Notes under the pieces: generated by a model
Database searches by the model: none
Seen by the model: the letters and a program-made list of their open reading frames with translations, nothing else
Told to the model about the DNA's origin: nothing
Part shown: positions 39,585-54,027 of the stretch, in pieces
Numbering within the stretch: position 1 is the first letter of the stretch
Layout of the letters: each line of letters starts with the position of its first letter
Position numbers and translations under genes: made by a program
NCBI RefSeq assembly: GCF_000497125.1
Contig: NC_090597.1
Location: 1,003,797 to 1,067,796 of the forward strand
Source: Spironucleus salmonicida
Lineage: Eukaryota
Direction of reading: 5' to 3'
DNA length: 64,000 bases

Positions 39585-41132
39585 ATGATATTGCTAGTTT
39601 TAGCGTTAAATTGCTTCACAGATACCGTAGTTGTATATAGTGCGCAGACCGAAGAACTTACATTAAGTGCTGTATAAGATAAATCTATTAGTATAATTGA
39701 TAAACTATCATGCTAAATTTTTGTAAATTAAAATGTTAAGGTTCAAATTCAGATTGGTGGAATAATATTTGATTCTAACTTTTATATTTATAAAGAAGAA
39801 CACATAGATCTAACACTAACTAAGATTTCTGGTGATTTAGCTACTATTAATTAGTTCTCAGTTGCCTTTTTTAAATTAGAATCTAAGAATGATAACATTA
39901 TGTAAGATGGAACCATAATTCGCTTTAGCATTAACTTTTTTGATAGGCGTAATTGCTTTAAAAATATTTCATTATTCTATAATACCGTAACTTCAGATAT
40001 TACCATACAAAGGTTTCCATAAGTATTATGTAGCTTTGATAAAGACGGAGATATCACATCTAATGTGCAAATAAACCTTGGCACATAACTAGACTAGATA
40101 TTCGAAGAAAAACTCGTAGATACATATGTCGAGTGGTTCCAAACTAATAATACTTGCAAAAATAAATAATGTGCAAAATATATCATAGAACTAGTGGAAA
40201 TATTATTTCCACTTGGTTATTATAACGTTAATATACAACAGACGTTTAAGAAAACAACCAATGCATTTAAGCCAGATGGTACAACAGTCGAACAAGAAAC
40301 TGAGTTTACTATGAATTTAGTACTAAGATAGCTAATAACATAGTTCACAACAGAGATATTAATTAGTACCATTTCCAATGTCTTAATTCGTCCATTATAT
40401 TAATCTATTGAAATTGAATAAACATTGACAACTGAAAAACCAAATGTGGACAAAAAGCATGATAGTGTTTCAGTAGATATTTGTATAGCAACAGAAAATA
40501 GTAATTCATCTTAAAGATAATGTTTTACGATTTTTTAAGATTAATTCTAAGCTCTTGAAAAACTAGTATATAGATGTGACGAATAAATAGAAACAACAAT
40601 TTAAGAATGCACCGATAATCTGCTAGAGATAAGCAAATACACTGATAGTTAGGTAGGGCTAATTTACTACGACACATTTCTCGACGATGTACCAGTAGAA
40701 TCATTTAAGTATTACTCTTAAGTTCCAAGAAATAAATACAGTCCAGTCGTATTATTATGTATGCAAACTCATGCATGCATAGATATAAAAATACGCGATG
40801 GATTTATACTAACTGAAGATAGCATAGAACTTATCTTAGAATGGGAAACATCCGGACAGATACAGCGGTTAATTAACGTATTTAAATTTCCAAATGAGTA
40901 ATAATTATACTGCTTTATTGCGACACCGCAATAACTTCGTAATCTGACTGAAGAACATCCATCAGAATTAAAACTTACTATTGGAGGTTAATCTCTTTTT
41001 GTGAACAAAATATTAAACTTTTTACAACCTAGAATATTCATAAATGGAATTATTACTATGTTCATATTAGCATCACTGCTAGTAACTATGATAATCTTTC
41101 TTATGCATTTCAATATTGTTCATTAGAAGTGA
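39585..41132 (+). CDS. Type I membrane protein, array copy 2
   Basis: Same sequence as copy 1, offset 2199 bp. Confidence 0.9.
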
Positions 41133-41783
41133 TTTAAATATAAGACTTATATATACTGAAAAGTATTGTATGAGTTGAATTTAGTGATAACTATATACGA
41201 TTTTCTTTAATCATTTTATTTGAAAATAGAATATTAAGTCTAAAGCCTATAAGTATTCTCCAAAAAATAAGTAATTTTGAAGTTCTTAAATATAATTGAT
41301 AAATTTATAAGTTTAAACTGTTACTTCTTTATAATATTACATATCTCTGTTTTTAAATAATAAAATTTAAATGAATACTTATATTGCACTCGGATTACAA
41401 TCTGATATTATATACTATGATTCATTTCAGCAAGTCATTTCCAAGTTTACGTAATACTTAGTGTGTAAATAATGGTTTGCACATATATAAAAATAAAGAT
41501 GGTTTATTAAGTATAAATGAAAAAATAAATTATACTACTAAATCTCTACAAAATTATTATCAAAATTAGTGAGGATAATGTATTATTAGTATCGACATTT
41601 TATGTTATTTTTATACTAGACATAAATATATAATTAATTATAATATCTATTGCAATAATTTTATAAATTAATTTTGGTTTAAGCTTAAATTACATTGAAT
41701 TTTGGAATAGATTTTTTAATAAAAATACCAAAAAATTAAAAATCAATAAACTTAAATATTAAAAATGTTGTCATATAATAAAA

Positions 41784-43331
41784 ATGATATTGCTAGTTTT
41801 AGCGTTAAATTGCTTCACAGATACCGTAGTTGTATATAGTGCGCAGACCGAAGAACTTACATTAAGTGCTGTATAAGATAAATCTATTAGTATAATTGAT
41901 AAACTATCATGCTAAATTTTTGTAAATTAAAATGTTAAGGTTCAAATTCAGATTGGTGGAATAATATTTGATTCTAACTTTTATATTTATAAAGAAGAAC
42001 ACATAGATCTAACACTAACTAAGATTTCTGGTGATTTAGCTACTATTAATTAGTTCTCAGTTGCCTTTTTTAAATTAGAATCTAAGAATGATAACATTAT
42101 GTAAGATGGAACCATAATTCGCTTTAGCATTAACTTTTTTGATAGGCGTAATTGCTTTAAAAATATTTCATTATTCTATAATACCGTAACTTCAGATATT
42201 ACCATACAAAGGTTTCCATAAGTATTATGTAGCTTTGATAAAGACGGAGATATCACATCTAATGTGCAAATAAACCTTGGCACATAACTAGACTAGATAT
42301 TCGAAGAAAAACTCGTAGATACATATGTCGAGTGGTTCCAAACTAATAATACTTGCAAAAATAAATAATGTGCAAAATATATCATAGAACTAGTGGAAAT
42401 ATTATTTCCACTTGGTTATTATAACGTTAATATACAACAGACGTTTAAGAAAACAACCAATGCATTTAAGCCAGATGGTACAACAGTCGAACAAGAAACT
42501 GAGTTTACTATGAATTTAGTACTAAGATAGCTAATAACATAGTTCACAACAGAGATATTAATTAGTACCATTTCCAATGTCTTAATTCGTCCATTATATT
42601 AATCTATTGAAATTGAATAAACATTGACAACTGAAAAACCAAATGTGGACAAAAAGCATGATAGTGTTTCAGTAGATATTTGTATAGCAACAGAAAATAG
42701 TAATTCATCTTAAAGATAATGTTTTACGATTTTTTAAGATTAATTCTAAGCTCTTGAAAAACTAGTATATAGATGTGACGAATAAATAGAAACAACAATT
42801 TAAGAATGCACCGATAATCTGCTAGAGATAAGCAAATACACTGATAGTTAGGTAGGGCTAATTTACTACGACACATTTCTCGACGATGTACCAGTAGAAT
42901 CATTTAAGTATTACTCTTAAGTTCCAAGAAATAAATACAGTCCAGTCGTATTATTATGTATGCAAACTCATGCATGCATAGATATAAAAATACGCGATGG
43001 ATTTATACTAACTGAAGATAGCATAGAACTTATCTTAGAATGGGAAACATCCGGACAGATACAGCGGTTAATTAACGTATTTAAATTTCCAAATGAGTAA
43101 TAATTATACTGCTTTATTGCGACACCGCAATAACTTCGTAATCTGACTGAAGAACATCCATCAGAATTAAAACTTACTATTGGAGGTTAATCTCTTTTTG
43201 TGAACAAAATATTAAACTTTTTACAACCTAGAATATTCATAAATGGAATTATTACTATGTTCATATTAGCATCACTGCTAGTAACTATGATAATCTTTCT
43301 TATGCATTTCAATATTGTTCATTAGAAGTGA
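41784..43331 (+). CDS. Type I membrane protein, array copy 3
   Basis: Same sequence as copy 1, offset 4398 bp. Confidence 0.9.
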
Positions 43332-43982
43332 TTTAAATATAAGACTTATATATACTGAAAAGTATTGTATGAGTTGAATTTAGTGATAACTATATACGAT
43401 TTTCTTTAATCATTTTATTTGAAAATAGAATATTAAGTCTAAAGCCTATAAGTATTCTCCAAAAAATAAGTAATTTTGAAGTTCTTAAATATAATTGATA
43501 AATTTATAAGTTTAAACTGTTACTTCTTTATAATATTACATATCTCTGTTTTTAAATAATAAAATTTAAATGAATACTTATATTGCACTCGGATTACAAT
43601 CTGATATTATATACTATGATTCATTTCAGCAAGTCATTTCCAAGTTTACGTAATACTTAGTGTGTAAATAATGGTTTGCACATATATAAAAATAAAGATG
43701 GTTTATTAAGTATAAATGAAAAAATAAATTATACTACTAAATCTCTACAAAATTATTATCAAAATTAGTGAGGATAATGTATTATTAGTATCGACATTTT
43801 ATGTTATTTTTATACTAGACATAAATATATAATTAATTATAATATCTATTGCAATAATTTTATAAATTAATTTTGGTTTAAGCTTAAATTACATTGAATT
43901 TTGGAATAGATTTTTTAATAAAAATACCAAAAAATTAAAAATCAATAAACTTAAATATTAAAAATGTTGTCATATAATAAAA

Positions 43983-45530
43983 ATGATATTGCTAGTTTTA
44001 GCGTTAAATTGCTTCACAGATACCGTAGTTGTATATAGTGCGCAGACCGAAGAACTTACATTAAGTGCTGTATAAGATAAATCTATTAGTATAATTGATA
44101 AACTATCATGCTAAATTTTTGTAAATTAAAATGTTAAGGTTCAAATTCAGATTGGTGGAATAATATTTGATTCTAACTTTTATATTTATAAAGAAGAACA
44201 CATAGATCTAACACTAACTAAGATTTCTGGTGATTTAGCTACTATTAATTAGTTCTCAGTTGCCTTTTTTAAATTAGAATCTAAGAATGATAACATTATG
44301 TAAGATGGAACCATAATTCGCTTTAGCATTAACTTTTTTGATAGGCGTAATTGCTTTAAAAATATTTCATTATTCTATAATACCGTAACTTCAGATATTA
44401 CCATACAAAGGTTTCCATAAGTATTATGTAGCTTTGATAAAGACGGAGATATCACATCTAATGTGCAAATAAACCTTGGCACATAACTAGACTAGATATT
44501 CGAAGAAAAACTCGTAGATACATATGTCGAGTGGTTCCAAACTAATAATACTTGCAAAAATAAATAATGTGCAAAATATATCATAGAACTAGTGGAAATA
44601 TTATTTCCACTTGGTTATTATAACGTTAATATACAACAGACGTTTAAGAAAACAACCAATGCATTTAAGCCAGATGGTACAACAGTCGAACAAGAAACTG
44701 AGTTTACTATGAATTTAGTACTAAGATAGCTAATAACATAGTTCACAACAGAGATATTAATTAGTACCATTTCCAATGTCTTAATTCGTCCATTATATTA
44801 ATCTATTGAAATTGAATAAACATTGACAACTGAAAAACCAAATGTGGACAAAAAGCATGATAGTGTTTCAGTAGATATTTGTATAGCAACAGAAAATAGT
44901 AATTCATCTTAAAGATAATGTTTTACGATTTTTTAAGATTAATTCTAAGCTCTTGAAAAACTAGTATATAGATGTGACGAATAAATAGAAACAACAATTT
45001 AAGAATGCACCGATAATCTGCTAGAGATAAGCAAATACACTGATAGTTAGGTAGGGCTAATTTACTACGACACATTTCTCGACGATGTACCAGTAGAATC
45101 ATTTAAGTATTACTCTTAAGTTCCAAGAAATAAATACAGTCCAGTCGTATTATTATGTATGCAAACTCATGCATGCATAGATATAAAAATACGCGATGGA
45201 TTTATACTAACTGAAGATAGCATAGAACTTATCTTAGAATGGGAAACATCCGGACAGATACAGCGGTTAATTAACGTATTTAAATTTCCAAATGAGTAAT
45301 AATTATACTGCTTTATTGCGACACCGCAATAACTTCGTAATCTGACTGAAGAACATCCATCAGAATTAAAACTTACTATTGGAGGTTAATCTCTTTTTGT
45401 GAACAAAATATTAAACTTTTTACAACCTAGAATATTCATAAATGGAATTATTACTATGTTCATATTAGCATCACTGCTAGTAACTATGATAATCTTTCTT
45501 ATGCATTTCAATATTGTTCATTAGAAGTGA
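43983..45530 (+). CDS. Type I membrane protein, array copy 4
   Basis: Same sequence as copy 1, offset 6597 bp. Confidence 0.9.
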
Positions 45531-46181
45531 TTTAAATATAAGACTTATATATACTGAAAAGTATTGTATGAGTTGAATTTAGTGATAACTATATACGATT
45601 TTCTTTAATCATTTTATTTGAAAATAGAATATTAAGTCTAAAGCCTATAAGTATTCTCCAAAAAATAAGTAATTTTGAAGTTCTTAAATATAATTGATAA
45701 ATTTATAAGTTTAAACTGTTACTTCTTTATAATATTACATATCTCTGTTTTTAAATAATAAAATTTAAATGAATACTTATATTGCACTCGGATTACAATC
45801 TGATATTATATACTATGATTCATTTCAGCAAGTCATTTCCAAGTTTACGTAATACTTAGTGTGTAAATAATGGTTTGCACATATATAAAAATAAAGATGG
45901 TTTATTAAGTATAAATGAAAAAATAAATTATACTACTAAATCTCTACAAAATTATTATCAAAATTAGTGAGGATAATGTATTATTAGTATCGACATTTTA
46001 TGTTATTTTTATACTAGACATAAATATATAATTAATTATAATATCTATTGCAATAATTTTATAAATTAATTTTGGTTTAAGCTTAAATTACATTGAATTT
46101 TGGAATAGATTTTTTAATAAAAATACCAAAAAATTAAAAATCAATAAACTTAAATATTAAAAATGTTGTCATATAATAAAA

Positions 46182-47729
46182 ATGATATTGCTAGTTTTAG
46201 CGTTAAATTGCTTCACAGATACCGTAGTTGTATATAGTGCGCAGACCGAAGAACTTACATTAAGTGCTGTATAAGATAAATCTATTAGTATAATTGATAA
46301 ACTATCATGCTAAATTTTTGTAAATTAAAATGTTAAGGTTCAAATTCAGATTGGTGGAATAATATTTGATTCTAACTTTTATATTTATAAAGAAGAACAC
46401 ATAGATCTAACACTAACTAAGATTTCTGGTGATTTAGCTACTATTAATTAGTTCTCAGTTGCCTTTTTTAAATTAGAATCTAAGAATGATAACATTATGT
46501 AAGATGGAACCATAATTCGCTTTAGCATTAACTTTTTTGATAGGCGTAATTGCTTTAAAAATATTTCATTATTCTATAATACCGTAACTTCAGATATTAC
46601 CATACAAAGGTTTCCATAAGTATTATGTAGCTTTGATAAAGACGGAGATATCACATCTAATGTGCAAATAAACCTTGGCACATAACTAGACTAGATATTC
46701 GAAGAAAAACTCGTAGATACATATGTCGAGTGGTTCCAAACTAATAATACTTGCAAAAATAAATAATGTGCAAAATATATCATAGAACTAGTGGAAATAT
46801 TATTTCCACTTGGTTATTATAACGTTAATATACAACAGACGTTTAAGAAAACAACCAATGCATTTAAGCCAGATGGTACAACAGTCGAACAAGAAACTGA
46901 GTTTACTATGAATTTAGTACTAAGATAGCTAATAACATAGTTCACAACAGAGATATTAATTAGTACCATTTCCAATGTCTTAATTCGTCCATTATATTAA
47001 TCTATTGAAATTGAATAAACATTGACAACTGAAAAACCAAATGTGGACAAAAAGCATGATAGTGTTTCAGTAGATATTTGTATAGCAACAGAAAATAGTA
47101 ATTCATCTTAAAGATAATGTTTTACGATTTTTTAAGATTAATTCTAAGCTCTTGAAAAACTAGTATATAGATGTGACGAATAAATAGAAACAACAATTTA
47201 AGAATGCACCGATAATCTGCTAGAGATAAGCAAATACACTGATAGTTAGGTAGGGCTAATTTACTACGACACATTTCTCGACGATGTACCAGTAGAATCA
47301 TTTAAGTATTACTCTTAAGTTCCAAGAAATAAATACAGTCCAGTCGTATTATTATGTATGCAAACTCATGCATGCATAGATATAAAAATACGCGATGGAT
47401 TTATACTAACTGAAGATAGCATAGAACTTATCTTAGAATGGGAAACATCCGGACAGATACAGCGGTTAATTAACGTATTTAAATTTCCAAATGAGTAATA
47501 ATTATACTGCTTTATTGCGACACCGCAATAACTTCGTAATCTGACTGAAGAACATCCATCAGAATTAAAACTTACTATTGGAGGTTAATCTCTTTTTGTG
47601 AACAAAATATTAAACTTTTTACAACCTAGAATATTCATAAATGGAATTATTACTATGTTCATATTAGCATCACTGCTAGTAACTATGATAATCTTTCTTA
47701 TGCATTTCAATATTGTTCATTAGAAGTGA
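46182..47729 (+). CDS. Type I membrane protein, array copy 5
   Basis: Same sequence as copy 1, offset 8796 bp. Confidence 0.9.
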
Positions 47730-48380
47730 TTTAAATATAAGACTTATATATACTGAAAAGTATTGTATGAGTTGAATTTAGTGATAACTATATACGATTT
47801 TCTTTAATCATTTTATTTGAAAATAGAATATTAAGTCTAAAGCCTATAAGTATTCTCCAAAAAATAAGTAATTTTGAAGTTCTTAAATATAATTGATAAA
47901 TTTATAAGTTTAAACTGTTACTTCTTTATAATATTACATATCTCTGTTTTTAAATAATAAAATTTAAATGAATACTTATATTGCACTCGGATTACAATCT
48001 GATATTATATACTATGATTCATTTCAGCAAGTCATTTCCAAGTTTACGTAATACTTAGTGTGTAAATAATGGTTTGCACATATATAAAAATAAAGATGGT
48101 TTATTAAGTATAAATGAAAAAATAAATTATACTACTAAATCTCTACAAAATTATTATCAAAATTAGTGAGGATAATGTATTATTAGTATCGACATTTTAT
48201 GTTATTTTTATACTAGACATAAATATATAATTAATTATAATATCTATTGCAATAATTTTATAAATTAATTTTGGTTTAAGCTTAAATTACATTGAATTTT
48301 GGAATAGATTTTTTAATAAAAATACCAAAAAATTAAAAATCAATAAACTTAAATATTAAAAATGTTGTCATATAATAAAA

Positions 48381-49928
48381 ATGATATTGCTAGTTTTAGC
48401 GTTAAATTGCTTCACAGATACCGTAGTTGTATATAGTGCGCAGACCGAAGAACTTACATTAAGTGCTGTATAAGATAAATCTATTAGTATAATTGATAAA
48501 CTATCATGCTAAATTTTTGTAAATTAAAATGTTAAGGTTCAAATTCAGATTGGTGGAATAATATTTGATTCTAACTTTTATATTTATAAAGAAGAACACA
48601 TAGATCTAACACTAACTAAGATTTCTGGTGATTTAGCTACTATTAATTAGTTCTCAGTTGCCTTTTTTAAATTAGAATCTAAGAATGATAACATTATGTA
48701 AGATGGAACCATAATTCGCTTTAGCATTAACTTTTTTGATAGGCGTGATTGCTTTAAAAATATTTCATTATTCTATAATACCGTAACTTCAGATATTACC
48801 ATACAAAGGTTTCCATAAGTATTATGTAGCTTTGATAAAGACGGAGATATCACATCTAATGTGCAAATAAACCTTGGCACATAACTAGACTAGATATTCG
48901 AAGAAAAACTCGTAGATACATATGTCGAGTGGTTCCAAACTAATAATACTTGCAAAAATAAATAATGTGCAAAATATATCATAGAACTAGTGGAAATATT
49001 ATTTCCACTTGGTTATTATAACGTTAATATACAACAGACGTTTAAGAAAACAACCAATGCATTTAAGCCAGATGGTACAACAGTCGAACAAGAAACTGAG
49101 TTTACTATGAATTTAGTACTAAGATAGCTAATAACATAGTTCACAACAGAGATATTAATTAGTACCATTTCCAATGTCTTAATTCGTCCATTATATTAAT
49201 CTATTGAAATTGAATAAACATTGACAACTGAAAAACCAAATGTGGACAAAAAGCATGATAGTGTTTCAGTAGATATTTGTATAGCAACAGAAAATAGTAA
49301 TTCATCTTAAAGATAATGTTTTACGATTTTTTAAGATTAATTCTAAGCTCTTGAAAAACTAGTATATAGATGTGACGAATAAATAGAAACAACAATTTAA
49401 GAATGCACCGATAATCTGCTAGAGATAAGCAAATACACTGATAGTTAGGTAGGGCTAATTTACTACGACACATTTCTCGACGATGTACCAGTAGAATCAT
49501 TTAAGTATTACTCTTAAGTTCCAAGAAATAAATACAGTCCAGTCGTATTATTATGTATGCAAACTCATGCATGCATAGATATAAAAATACGCGATGGATT
49601 TATACTAACTGAAGATAGCATAGAACTTATCTTAGAATGGGAAACATCCGGACAGATACAGCGGTTAATTAACGTATTTAAATTTCCAAATGAGTAATAA
49701 TTATACTGCTTTATTGCGACACCGCAATAACTTCGTAATCTGACTGAAGAACATCCATCAGAATTAAAACTTACTATTGGAGGTTAATCTCTTTTTGTGA
49801 ACAAAATATTAAACTTTTTACAACCTAGAATATTCATAAATGGAATTATTACTATGTTCATATTAGCATCACTGCTAGTAACTATGATAATCTTTCTTAT
49901 GCATTTCAATATTGTTCATTAGAAGTGA
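48381..49928 (+). CDS. Type I membrane protein, array copy 6 (N123D variant)
   Basis: As copy 1 except A>G at 48747 (AAT>GAT). Confidence 0.9.
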
Positions 49929-50579
49929 TTTAAATATAAGACTTATATATACTGAAAAGTATTGTATGAGTTGAATTTAGTGATAACTATATACGATTTT
50001 CTTTAATCATTTTATTTGAAAATAGAATATTAAGTCTAAAGCCTATAAGTATTCTCCAAAAAATAAGTAATTTTGAAGTTCTTAAATATAATTGATAAAT
50101 TTATAAGTTTAAACTGTTACTTCTTTATAATATTACATATCTCTGTTTTTAAATAATAAAATTTAAATGAATACTTATATTGCACTCGGATTACAATCTG
50201 ATATTATATACTATGATTCATTTCAGCAAGTCATTTCCAAGTTTACGTAATACTTAGTGTGTAAATAATGGTTTGCACATATATAAAAATAAAGATGGTT
50301 TATTAAGTATAAATGAAAAAATAAATTATACTACTAAATCTCTACAAAATTATTATCAAAATTAGTGAGGATAATGTATTATTAGTATCGACATTTTATG
50401 TTATTTTTATACTAGACATAAATATATAATTAATTATAATATCTATTGCAATAATTTTATAAATTAATTTTGGTTTAAGCTTAAATTACATTGAATTTTG
50501 GAATAGATTTTTTAATAAAAATACCAAAAAATTAAAAATCAATAAACTTAAATATTAAAAATGTTGTCATATAATAAAA

Positions 50580-52127
50580 ATGATATTGCTAGTTTTAGCG
50601 TTAAATTGCTTCACAGATACCGTAGTTGTATATAGTGCGCAGACCGAAGAACTTACATTAAGTGCTGTATAAGATAAATCTATTAGTATAATTGATAAAC
50701 TATCATGCTAAATTTTTGTAAATTAAAATGTTAAGGTTCAAATTCAGATTGGTGGAATAATATTTGATTCTAACTTTTATATTTATAAAGAAGAACACAT
50801 AGATCTAACACTAACTAAGATTTCTGGTGATTTAGCTACTATTAATTAGTTCTCAGTTGCCTTTTTTAAATTAGAATCTAAGAATGATAACATTATGTAA
50901 GATGGAACCATAATTCGCTTTAGCATTAACTTTTTTGATAGGCGTAATTGCTTTAAAAATATTTCATTATTCTATAATACCGTAACTTCAGATATTACCA
51001 TACAAAGGTTTCCATAAGTATTATGTAGCTTTGATAAAGACGGAGATATCACATCTAATGTGCAAATAAACCTTGGCACATAACTAGACTAGATATTCGA
51101 AGAAAAACTCGTAGATACATATGTCGAGTGGTTCCAAACTAATAATACTTGCAAAAATAAATAATGTGCAAAATATATCATAGAACTAGTGGAAATATTA
51201 TTTCCACTTGGTTATTATAACGTTAATATACAACAGACGTTTAAGAAAACAACCAATGCATTTAAGCCAGATGGTACAACAGTCGAACAAGAAACTGAGT
51301 TTACTATGAATTTAGTACTAAGATAGCTAATAACATAGTTCACAACAGAGATATTAATAAACTCTATTTCTGAAATAATTGTTAAACCTCTATACAAATC
51401 TATTGAGTTATAGTAAATATTAACAGGGTTACCTTCAAATATAGACCCAAACTAGAATACTATATTATTAGATATTTGTATCGCATCTGATAATACTAAT
51501 TCATCAATAAGTTATTGTTTTACTATAAGATAAGGCGAGTTTAACGCTGTAGAAACACTTATATATAGATGTGATGACGAATACAATATATCTTTCTAAT
51601 AATGTACCAATAATCTACTAGAAGTTAGTAACTTTAATGATTCACAAATAGCAATAGTTTATTACGATACATTTAAGGATAACGATTCACTAGAATCATT
51701 TAAATATTACTCTCAAGTCGTTAGAAATACATTTAGCAAGGTAGTATTAAAATGTGTTATAAGATAAGCATGTGTTGAAGTCAAAATACGGGAAGATTTT
51801 ATAGTCTCACAAGATACTACAGAGCTAATATTAGAATGGGTCGTATCAGGTTAAACTTAGCGGCTAACTAATGCATTTAAGTTCCCTAATAATGAATCAA
51901 TTTACTGCTTTAGTGCTAGTCCTGTCTAACTTCGAAGTTTAATTAACCCTATATCAACGGATTTTAAACTGTTTATAGGACACTAATCTCTTTTTGTAAA
52001 CACTGTAGAAGATTTTTTGCGTCCGGACACATTTATATATGGAATTATTGCGGGGTTACTACTCGTTTTATTATTAGGTACGATATTAGTATTAATTATG
52101 AATTTAAGCATTAAACACTAGTAGTGA
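50580..52127 (+). CDS. Type I membrane protein, chimeric copy 7 with diverged C-terminal half, 515 aa
   Basis: Matches copy 1 up to 51358, then colinear but diverged (NSISEIIVKPLYKSIE...IYGIIAGLLLVLLLGTILVLIMNLSIKHQQ*); stop TAGTGA. Confidence 0.9.
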
Positions 52128-52157
52128 TTTAAATATAATATTAATATACAATTAAAA

Positions 52158-52403
52158 ATGGCGGATCTTAGCTAAACAGATTTAGGTGGTCCAATGCTCG
52201 CATCAACCAGGATGGCTTCATCATAAATTGATGGATATCCTCCAGTTGCAGTATCTGTTCATGATATGGTTAAAGTAACTCTTGTTGATGATGCTAATCC
52301 AGATAAATACTAGTATCATACTGAGTAGATCGTTAAGTTTGGAAATACAGTTGATAAAATCTAAGCAGATATGATCTAGTTAAAAGCCAAAGTTAACAAG
52401 TGA
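52158..52403 (+). CDS. Small hypothetical protein, 81 aa
   Basis: AAAAATG start, MADLSQTDLGGPML...LKAKVNK, stop AAGTGA; higher GC than flanks. Confidence 0.75.
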
Positions 52404-52795
52404 TCATATTTGATATTTTTCTTATAGATCTTTTTGGATTTTTTAGTCTCAAAATGATTTATTAATTACCAATCTAAGTACTATAGTATAATAAATATTA
52501 ATAAAATTAACTAAATATATATTTTTTTAGTTTATACTAAATTTAATTTTTAGTATATAATATTATTAAATTTAGTTACAAAATTAATAAATAATCATTT
52601 AATACTCAAATATACTGTAAAATAATATTATTTGCTAGAATTATTTTTAACTTACATTTATTGTTTAAAACCTCTATATTGCAAAATTTTATGTAGTATA
52701 ACTACAAGTATGATTACAGCATTACTCTTATTAAAATATTGCATAACTCAAGTAGTTAAAATATATAAATTAATTAGTAAAAATAAAGCATTAAC

Positions 52796-53563
52796 ATGAT
52801 TTTCCCCTTTATATTGAATGAGTAAATACTAAAAAAAATACCGCTGTCCCAAAATGTCTAAAATATTATTAAAAACTCAATTTTATCATAAAAATCAATT
52901 TATTATCTTTATCTTACCACTGAGGTCAATTAATTTTACCGGTACTTGTCACTATCAGTTATTATATTTTAGCTTTTGCGAACCACACTAGCATCAGGTA
53001 TGAACTCTTACAATATCATAATTAACCTTATCCTCGAGATCTAAATTCTGAAAAAAGTATTTCGTCCAGTATATAAGAATAGGTTACTACTCGGATTGGT
53101 ATCTTTTACAGCTTGTTCTACATATTTTAAGCAATAATTACACTTTGACTTTCATTTCTTAATGAAAAATTATTCTATCAGCAAATATAATGACAAAACT
53201 AGCATGCTTCTTTCTACTTCCATTAGATGTACCCTCCTATTGCTCTTAATATATATTCATTCTCTTCCAAAGAAACCTATTTTGATACTAAAACTATACT
53301 CCCATCTTGGTATCAACATAGCACCCAATTTTACCCTCTATCTAAACTTCTACCATCCCTTTTATCATTATCAATTTCAAACTGACTCAATTTCATCTCC
53401 GCTACCCGTTTCCCCTCAAGAAGCAAGAAATGCTACCGAATTTCACAAATAATACGAATTTTATATATTATATCAACTAAAGATCACGTCAATATCATAT
53501 GAATAATATCAATCGAATCGACATCTTATCAACTGCGTTAATATTATTAACTGCATCCATTGA
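52796..53563 (+). CDS. Hypothetical, possibly membrane-associated protein, 255 aa
   Basis: Frame open under table 6 (MIFPFILNEQ...NIINCIH*), includes track ORF 53162; several hydrophobic stretches. Confidence 0.5.
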
Positions 53564-53641
53564 GCATCTATTACACCAATACGATATCATTATACCACCA
53601 GCACATCTCTAATTCTATCCCACATCCTCTACACCAAAATA

Positions 53642-53974
53642 TCACTCCATCTCGTCCATCACACCCTCGTCGTCAATTACCTCACCGTTCTGCTGTTCGT
53701 CATCGTTGGACGTCTTCTTTCCAGCCTCTAGACCGAGCAAAAATAAGTCCAGCGCCTCTTAAAGACCTGGAATTGCAATTTACCGCACAGCTTCCACGAC
53801 GTCTTTCGGCTAAATCTGCTTCTTTGCAGTTTTGGATGCCGACAGGTACGAGACAAATGACGCCGTCGTTGATGCAGAACGCTGGAAAGCTAGTTTTGCA
53901 TCCTTTGATATCTGGGTGGAAAAGTCAAAGAGCTTCATCACCGGCGCTAGTTGGAAATCGGCCTCTTTCTACAT
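53642..53974 (-). CDS. Histone-fold protein, NF-YB/POLE3(Dpb4/CHRAC17)-like, 110 aa
   Basis: FQLAPVMKLF...QISKDAKLAFQRSASTTASFVSYLS...KKQIQPKDVVEAVRQI...L fits the CBFD/NF-YB histone-fold pattern; acidic tail; stop GAGTGA. Confidence 0.75.
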
Positions 53975-54027
53975 ATTGGAGTGTAAATTTTAATGTTAAC
54001 TGGAATATTATAATATATAAAATAAAA
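53975..54027. promoter_or_regulatory. 53-bp AT-rich divergent intergenic region, probable bidirectional promoter
   Basis: Lies between head-to-head ATGs at 53974 (-) and 54028 (+). Confidence 0.55.

Larger units (their letters stand above)
37383..51358 (+). repeat. Tandem array, 2199-bp unit, ~6.35 near-identical units
   Basis: ATGATATTGCTAGTTTTAGCG recurs at 37386, 39585, 41784, 43983, 46182, 48381 and 50580; unit = 1548-bp CDS + 651-bp AT-rich spacer. Confidence 0.97.

Noticed and set aside
37383-51358. CRISPR array or rDNA array
   Set aside because: The unit is 2199 bp, protein-coding, with identical spacers and no rRNA-like sequence.
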